Shown: one piece after another, positions 26,470 to 32,000 of the stretch
Numbering within the stretch: position 1 is the stretch's first letter
How the letters are laid out: every line of letters begins with the position of its first letter
NCBI RefSeq assembly: GCF_002945325.1
Contig: NZ_CP026606.1
Coordinates: forward strand, 1,560,001 to 1,592,000
Direction of reading: 5' to 3'
DNA from: Methanococcus maripaludis
GTDB taxonomy: Archaea > AGJL01 > Methanococci > Methanococcales > Methanococcaceae
Length of the DNA: 32,000 bases
Notes under the pieces: model-generated
What the model was told of the DNA's origin: nothing
The model's database searches: none
The model's input: only the letters and a program-made list of their open reading frames with translations
Position numbers and translations under genes: made by a program

Positions 26470-27631
26470 TTTTGAAAAATCTAAAAATTATTTTAAAGAA
26501 AAATACGGGCTAGGACTTGATAACCCCATAGTAATAATTTTTATTGGATATTTCCTGATATTTTTGCTCGCAATTCCATATTTTGGAGAATTTGGGTTAA
26601 ATTCCCTTTTAAAAATGATATTGGTTGTATTTGGAAATTTGGCTATTTTTTCGATTCCATTTTTTATAAATTTTGAAAAAAAGATGAAATTAGATAAATT
26701 AAATTTAAAAATGTTTTCAGGGATTTTGCTTGGATTTTCCATGTTTTTTGGAGTTTTTGTTCTTTCCGGGAGTGTATTGTCGGCAATGCTATTTTCAGGA
26801 CTTGTATTTTTAATTCTACATATTTTTATAAAGAATTATTGCTCTGAAAAAATAAGTAAAATCATGTTTTTAATTGGTGTAGTTTCATTTCTTGCAATGG
26901 TTTTAATTTATGGAACTCTTCCAATTACCGATTACACAGTCAGAATGGCAATTTCAGATGATCCTTTAAGATTAATTTCTTCGGGTGCGCTCACGTTTGC
27001 AAGCCTCTTTAATTTTGGATATTTTTTAGTATCTTTCGCAATTTTGGCAGTAACGGGGTACAAAGCAAATGTTTTGGTATTAATCGTTGCATTTTTGCTT
27101 TATAATTACAAAAATAATAAAATAAGTGCAAAAAAAATATTTTTAATTGGAATATTTACCGTGTTATTTTTAGGAATAATGGCAAAAGCAATTCTTTCAT
27201 CATCGGGTCAATCATGGAGCCTTAATTTTTTAGAAATTTTATCATACCGGGCTTATTTTGATTTGATGACCTTAGAAAAGATTATAATGTACCCTACGGC
27301 ATTATACGGAAAAATTGCATTTACACCTGGTGGGGAGTCTTTAATTGGCGAAATAATTCATGGTTACAGACATAATATTACGTCAACCCTTTTTGGTCCG
27401 ATTTATTTGGATCTGGGTTATTACAGCTTAATTTTTTCATTAATATTTGGAATAATCAGTAAGTTAATATATAAAAAGAGCGATACTAAAATATATTCTA
27501 TTTATGGTGCTGTATTGTTATCAATGTGCGAAATCGGCATCAATTACGGTTTTTTAGTTACGATGTTAATGTTTTTGTATGTTTCAGAAAATCTGCATAA
27601 AAAGCCCATAATTAATAAAAAAATATTTTAA
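26456..27631 (+). CDS. Polytopic membrane protein (about 10 TM), paralog 2 of the preceding gene
   Basis: 391 aa. The ATG overlaps the upstream gene's last 14 nt, which suggests translational coupling. Paralogy blocks are as listed for 25396-26469. Confidence 0.6.
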   Translation: MLKNNFEKSKNYFKEKYGLGLDNPIVIIFIGYFLIFLLAIPYFGEFGLNSLLKMILVVFGNLAIFSIPFFINFEKKMKLDKLNLKMFSGILLGFSMFFGVFVLSGSVLSAMLFSGLVFLILHIFIKNYCSEKISKIMFLIGVVSFLAMVLIYGTLPITDYTVRMAISDDPLRLISSGALTFASLFNFGYFLVSFAILAVTGYKANVLVLIVAFLLYNYKNNKISAKKIFLIGIFTVLFLGIMAKAILSSSGQSWSLNFLEILSYRAYFDLMTLEKIIMYPTALYGKIAFTPGGESLIGEIIHGYRHNITSTLFGPIYLDLGYYSLIFSLIFGIISKLIYKKSDTKIYSIYGAVLLSMCEIGINYGFLVTMLMFLYVSENLHKKPIINKKIF

Positions 27632-27659
27632 TCGTTTATTTTAGTGTTAAAGTGGTATA

Positions 27660-28769
27660 ATGGTATCAATAAAAGATATCGGCAAAGATTATAACGTTCC
27701 CGAAGATAAAAAGTATCTAGTTATTGTCGTTGACATGGACGACGATGTTGGAAGAAAAGCAAATATTAGGACCCCTATTTTAAGTAGGGAGGATAATATC
27801 AATGCAGCGGTAAAGCTCGGGCTAACCGATCCAGGAGATAGTGATGTAAATTCCATACTTGGTGGAATTCAGCACTACGACCATTTAAAGAAAGAAGGAA
27901 AAGATGTTGAAATTGCAACAATTTCTGGGGATATTGATATCGAATCAGAGGTATGTGCAATTAAAATTAAGGAACAAATCGACTTTTTAATTTATCTCTA
28001 TGAACCTAACTTCATTTATCTCGTTTCAGATGGGAAAGAAGACGAAATGGTTTTAAAATACCTTGAATTAAAGGATATTTTTGTCTGGAAAAAGAGAATT
28101 GTAATTAAACAAAATGAATCTCTTGAATCAACATACTATCTCGTGCAGGAATTTATAAAAAAGACTATGTCGCAGTACATTCCGTTAATATTTACATCTA
28201 TCGGTTTTGCAATGATTTTGTATGCCGTATTTTCCGATCTAGGGTGGAGAATAATTGCAGGGCTTATTGGAATTTACATCCTGTCTGAAGGCGTTGGATT
28301 AGTTGAATCTGTTAAAAAAACACTTAGTGAAAGCAAAAAGGGTCTTGAAGTTGGAAAACTATCTCCTTTTGGAAATATTTTGGGATTTTTGATACTTCTT
28401 GTAGGTATACTTTATTCTTACAGGGCTTCGGTGGATCCCGAACTAACGGTATTTTTCGGAAAATTCCTGTTAAATATTGCAAATCCGTTAACGTTAGGCT
28501 TTGTGCTTTTAGTACTTGTTCATTTCATAGATGACTTAATACACACTGAAAAAAGTATACTTAGGCTTTTAAAAAGGCTATTCTTTAACGTAGTTTTAGC
28601 ATTCATGCTCAGACAGATGCTGATTGTTTCATCAGGTTATTTAATTGGATATAGCACTGAATTTACCGGTCTTGTAATGTATATTTTAGCATATGTATCT
28701 ATATTAATTGTACTTTCGGTTGTATTATTTCACGAACCAAAAAGCAGAGAAGGGTTAATTGAAGAGTAG
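27660..28769 (+). CDS. DUF373-like archaeal protein: soluble N-terminal domain plus multi-TM C-terminal half; function unknown
   Basis: YLVIVVDMDDDVGRKA...TPI.SRE.N...A.KLGL.DP.DSDVN...G is as I recall for the DUF373 N-terminal block. The C-terminal half (aa about 175-360) has 6-7 hydrophobic helices. Confidence 0.6.
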   Translation: MVSIKDIGKDYNVPEDKKYLVIVVDMDDDVGRKANIRTPILSREDNINAAVKLGLTDPGDSDVNSILGGIQHYDHLKKEGKDVEIATISGDIDIESEVCAIKIKEQIDFLIYLYEPNFIYLVSDGKEDEMVLKYLELKDIFVWKKRIVIKQNESLESTYYLVQEFIKKTMSQYIPLIFTSIGFAMILYAVFSDLGWRIIAGLIGIYILSEGVGLVESVKKTLSESKKGLEVGKLSPFGNILGFLILLVGILYSYRASVDPELTVFFGKFLLNIANPLTLGFVLLVLVHFIDDLIHTEKSILRLLKRLFFNVVLAFMLRQMLIVSSGYLIGYSTEFTGLVMYILAYVSILIVLSVVLFHEPKSREGLIEE

Positions 28770-28779
28770 TTGTGAAAAC

Positions 28780-29730
28780 ATGCTTGAAATTCTTGGTTAC
28801 CATGCTGGATCTTTTGAAGTTTTGAATTTGGATGACGTAAATAGTGAACACGATCTTATATGGATTGACTGTTATGACCCCTCAGACGTGGAATTAATTG
28901 AACTTTCTAAAAAAATAGAAATAGAAACTGATGAATTAAGTCTTGGGCTCGATGAGCAGGAAGTTCCAAGGGTCGAAGAAGAAGATACTTACTATACAAT
29001 TATTTTTAAAGCCCCGTTATTTGAAGAAGACATCACAACTACTTCTTTTGGACTTTACGTAAAAGATAACATCATCCTGACGATTCATGCGGATAAAATC
29101 AAGTCAATTGGGCGACTCTACAATCTTGTAAAGACAAAAAAGCCAAAAACCCTTCTCGATAAAGGAAAAGGATTTTTTATATACACAATTTTAAACCAGA
29201 TTACGATAAGCTATTCGAGAATTCTTGTAAACCTTGAAGATCAACTGGATATTTTAGAAGACAGAATAGTTCAGGAACAGAATAAAAACATGACCGAAGA
29301 AATATTACAGCTTAGAAAAATGCTTGTATATTTCCACAAGGCTCTTATATCAAACAAAGATGTTATTTCAGTTTTAAAACGAAAGTATCTTTCAATAACC
29401 ACTCAGGAAGATAGGTGGGAATTTGAAGATTTATACTACGATATTCTGCAGTTAATTGACATGGAAACAACGTATCGTGAGCTTTTATCGTCAATGATGG
29501 ATATGTCACTTTCGATTGAAAACATAAGAATGAATCAGGTAATGAAAATTCTTACAATGATTACTGCACTTTTTGCCGTTCCAATGTGGATTACTGGAAT
29601 ATATGGAATGAATTTTAAGTACATGCCTCTTTCAGAGAGCCCTTATGGATTTTGGGTAATTTCTTTAGTATCTATTGCGTTTATACTGGTAATCAGTCGC
29701 ATATTCGTGAAAGAAAAATGGATTAAATAA
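28780..29730 (+). CDS. corA: CorA-family Mg2+/Co2+ transporter
   Basis: YGMNF (GMN motif) between the two C-terminal TM helices, with a long cytoplasmic N-terminal domain. The start is set to the ATG at 28780 (MLEILGY...); the track start is a TTG that overlaps the upstream gene. Confidence 0.88.
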   Translation: MLEILGYHAGSFEVLNLDDVNSEHDLIWIDCYDPSDVELIELSKKIEIETDELSLGLDEQEVPRVEEEDTYYTIIFKAPLFEEDITTTSFGLYVKDNIILTIHADKIKSIGRLYNLVKTKKPKTLLDKGKGFFIYTILNQITISYSRILVNLEDQLDILEDRIVQEQNKNMTEEILQLRKMLVYFHKALISNKDVISVLKRKYLSITTQEDRWEFEDLYYDILQLIDMETTYRELLSSMMDMSLSIENIRMNQVMKILTMITALFAVPMWITGIYGMNFKYMPLSESPYGFWVISLVSIAFILVISRIFVKEKWIK

Positions 29731-29743
29731 TTTTGGTGAAATT

Positions 29744-30013
29744 ATGAAGGAAATAATTTTATGGCCCGCGTATATTGATCTAAAAAGAACCAAAAACGAA
29801 GGAAGGAAAGTTCCAAAAGAAATTGCAGTTCAAAACCCGAAATTAAAAGATATTGCGAGCAAAATAAAAAAAATGGGTTTGGAATATAGTGTTGAAAATA
29901 AAAAAAGTTATCCTAAAGAATCTTGGGAAATTTGCGGATACATAAAAGTAAAAGTGGATGAAAGTACTTCAAAATTACAATTTTTAAAAGAGATATGTAA
30001 TAACATGAAATAA
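29744..30013 (+). CDS. srp19: Signal recognition particle protein SRP19
   Basis: 89 aa. [27 protein letters not shown]....I is the SRP19 signature. GGTGAAATT RBS. Confidence 0.88.
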   Translation: MKEIILWPAYIDLKRTKNEGRKVPKEIAVQNPKLKDIASKIKKMGLEYSVENKKSYPKESWEICGYIKVKVDESTSKLQFLKEICNNMK

Positions 30014-30325
30014 TTATTTTTTAAAATTTTCATGTTTATTTTCAAGTTCCGAAAGTAAAAATTTAACCCTGTTTTCCAGTTTTTCATAACTTTTTGAGAT
30101 ATCCCTATATTTTTCATAGAGTTCATTTAATTTGTGATGTAAGTATTCAAGTTCTACGTTTTTTTGACTTATTTCATTTTTTAACTGGCTATTTACGTAA
30201 ATTTCATGCCTGTATTTTGCTTCAAGTGCAATATATGACTTTTTAGATTCAATATATATTTTTTTAATATCTTCATATTTATCTCTTGAAACGGTTTCCT
30301 GCTTTTTCTTTCGGATGTTAAACAT
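30014..30325 (-). CDS. Hypothetical 103-aa Lys/Glu-rich coiled-coil protein
   Basis: Heptad-like charged sequence throughout (…KNEISQKNVELEYLHHKLNELYEKYRDISKSYEKLENRVKFLLSELENK…). It starts 12 nt downstream of the sucC stop with a GTGA-like RBS. No family recognised. Confidence 0.55.
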   Translation of the reverse strand: MFNIRKKKQETVSRDKYEDIKKIYIESKKSYIALEAKYRHEIYVNSQLKNEISQKNVELEYLHHKLNELYEKYRDISKSYEKLENRVKFLLSELENKHENFKK

Positions 30326-30337
30326 TGAAAATCACGT

Positions 30338-31426
30338 TTAACTATTTATTAATCCAGTAAGTGCTTTTGCAGCCCCTTCCATCGAGCTTTCGAAGCTTAT
30401 TCCGTTTTCAGATAATATTTTTCTTCCTTCTTCTTCATTTGTTCCCATCATCCTAACAGCAAACTTAAGATTTGGATTTTCTTTTAAAACATCTACAATT
30501 CCCATCGAAACTTCATCACACCTTGTAATTCCGCCAAGAATGTTTATGAATGCCCCTTTAACGTTTTTCCGGGATGTTGCTTTTAAAAGTGCTTTTTTTA
30601 CAGTTTCCCTATTTGAACCACCGCCAACATCTAAGAAACATGCAGGGTTTCCGCCAAATTCTTTTACAATGTCCATGCTTGCAAGGGTGAGTCCTGCACC
30701 GTTTCCAATAACTGCAATGTCTCCATCAAGTTCAACATATGCAAATTCGGATTTTTCCTGTTTATTAAATTCTTCAAATTTCTCGTAGTTATGTCTAAAG
30801 TATGCATCGTCGTCAATATTCAAAACCGCATCAGCAGCAATGATTTTTCCATCTTCAGTAAATACAAGCGGGTTTATTTCGGCTAAAATTCCATCCATGT
30901 CTTTGAATGCTTTATAAACTTTGCATAATACATCTGCTACTTTTGGAATTTCCTGGCTTGGAATGCCTGCTTTTTTAAGCATACCTCTTGCAAGGTATGG
31001 TAAAAATTCTTTTTCAGGGTTTAATGATAATTTTATTATTTTTTCGGGAGTTTTCGAAGATACTTCTTCGATATCTACTCCGCCTTCTGTTGAAAATATA
31101 ACAACATTGTTTTTTTCGTTTCTATTAACAACAACGCCAACATAATACTCTTTTGCAATTTTTATCTGCTCTTCAAGGAGTACTTTTTCAACAAGTTCTC
31201 CTTTTACCGTGTTTCCAATTAATGATTCAATTTTTTCGTTTGCATCATCGACATTATCTGCAAATAAGATTCCGCCAGCTTTACCTCTTCCACCAACTAA
31301 AACTTGCGCTTTTATGACAACAGGATAGTCGATGCTTTCAACTTTTCCACATACAAGTTTATTTTTTGGAATAGGGATATTATTTTCTTTAAAAATTTCC
31401 TTTGCTTCGTATTCGTGTAATTTCAT
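30338..31426 (-). CDS. sucC: Succinyl-CoA ligase (ADP-forming) beta subunit
   Basis: MKLHEYEAKEIF....IP.P........YPVVIKAQVL.GGRGKAGG; ATP-grasp domain followed by a CoA-ligase C-terminal domain. The start is set to the ATG at 31426 after GGTGATTTTT. Confidence 0.9.
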   Translation of the reverse strand: MKLHEYEAKEIFKENNIPIPKNKLVCGKVESIDYPVVIKAQVLVGGRGKAGGILFADNVDDANEKIESLIGNTVKGELVEKVLLEEQIKIAKEYYVGVVVNRNEKNNVVIFSTEGGVDIEEVSSKTPEKIIKLSLNPEKEFLPYLARGMLKKAGIPSQEIPKVADVLCKVYKAFKDMDGILAEINPLVFTEDGKIIAADAVLNIDDDAYFRHNYEKFEEFNKQEKSEFAYVELDGDIAVIGNGAGLTLASMDIVKEFGGNPACFLDVGGGSNRETVKKALLKATSRKNVKGAFINILGGITRCDEVSMGIVDVLKENPNLKFAVRMMGTNEEEGRKILSENGISFESSMEGAAKALTGLINS

Positions 31427-31483
31427 AAAAATCACCAACAGTTCTCATGATAATAGTTACTGAAAATATAAAAAAACTAGGGT

Positions 31484-31930
31484 TTATTTTGAGATTATAA
31501 TTGAATTAATGAATTTTTCGCAGTATTCGCACCTGATTTTTAACGTGTTTTTCTGTTCGATTGAGAATCTGCTTTCGATATTTTCTTTATTCGTGATGCA
31601 GTTTGGATTGGTGCATTTGATTATTCCGTCAATTCTTTTTGGAATGTCTACTTTAAATTTTTTTATGACTTTTCCTTCTTTTATGATGTTTATCGTTGCA
31701 TCTGGTGAAATTAACGCAATTTTGTTTACATCGTCTTTTGAGAGTTCAAGCCCTTCAATTTTTAAAATATCTTTTGTAACGCCTTTTTTTGACGGCACGT
31801 TTAGTGCAAGTGTTATTGGGAGTTTTTCTTCGATATTTAGTATTTTATAGACTTTCAGTGCTTTTGATCCACTGATATGGTCGATAACAGTTCCGTTTTC
31901 AATGGGTTTTACTTTGAGTTCCCGTTTCAT
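31484..31930 (-). CDS. pyrI: Aspartate carbamoyltransferase regulatory chain PyrI
   Basis: LKVKPIENGTVIDHI...KVYKIL, and a C-terminal zinc domain CTNPNCITN...CEYCE. GGTGAAGTC RBS. Confidence 0.92.
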   Translation of the reverse strand: MKRELKVKPIENGTVIDHISGSKALKVYKILNIEEKLPITLALNVPSKKGVTKDILKIEGLELSKDDVNKIALISPDATINIIKEGKVIKKFKVDIPKRIDGIIKCTNPNCITNKENIESRFSIEQKNTLKIRCEYCEKFINSIIISK

Positions 31931-32000
31931 GACTTCACCAGATTTTTTTATGTAATCTATTAAAAAACTGTTTTAAATCATTACTGTTTTTCAATATATT

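Noticed and set aside
31935-32000. Minus-strand frame open from the right edge to a TGA at 31935-31937, 4 nt before the pyrI start (…NILKNSNDLKQFFNRLHKKIW*)
   Set aside because: It could be the 3' end of an upstream gene such as pyrB, but only 21 codons are visible and I recognise no motif. That is too little to call a feature.

Overview
Strongly AT-rich, gene-dense archaeal chromosome segment with about 33 CDS. It looks like a Methanococcus-type methanogen. Evidence for that: GGTGA/GGAGG ribosome-binding sites 4-7 nt before starts; methanogen markers (F420H2 oxidase FprA, ComC-like sulfolactate dehydrogenase); archaeal information genes (aRF1, tRNA-splicing endonuclease EndA, SRP19); and a canonical C/D-box sRNA. 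Most genes are housekeeping: thiamine salvage (thiE, thiM, thiL, yjbQ), O2 detoxification (FprA plus a rubredoxin-less erythrin), two tandem cyclophilins, Tex, a NOL1/NOP2/Sun methyltransferase, split transketolase with rpe between the halves, M42 peptidase, CorA, SucC and PyrI. I saw no CRISPR array, transposase, integrase, tRNA or rRNA. The best candidate for something undescribed is a tightly packed run of four uncharacterised membrane or envelope genes at 24636-28769. It comprises an N-terminally anchored protein with a pilin-like N-terminus, two overlapping paralogous polytopic membrane proteins with a polymerase-like look, and a DUF373-like protein. Other notable items: (1) a minimal 157-aa exosortase/archaeosortase-like protein (Cys-Arg-His) with no substrate in view; (2) a C/D-box sRNA at 13414-13471 that a protein-only ORF track cannot show; (3) a relic 3' gene tail downstream of the Lrp/AsnC gene that differs from the live copy only at synonymous positions and lies between 12-nt direct repeats; (4) an orphan Cache-HAMP histidine kinase. 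All functional calls come from reading motifs in the supplied translations. No database search was possible.
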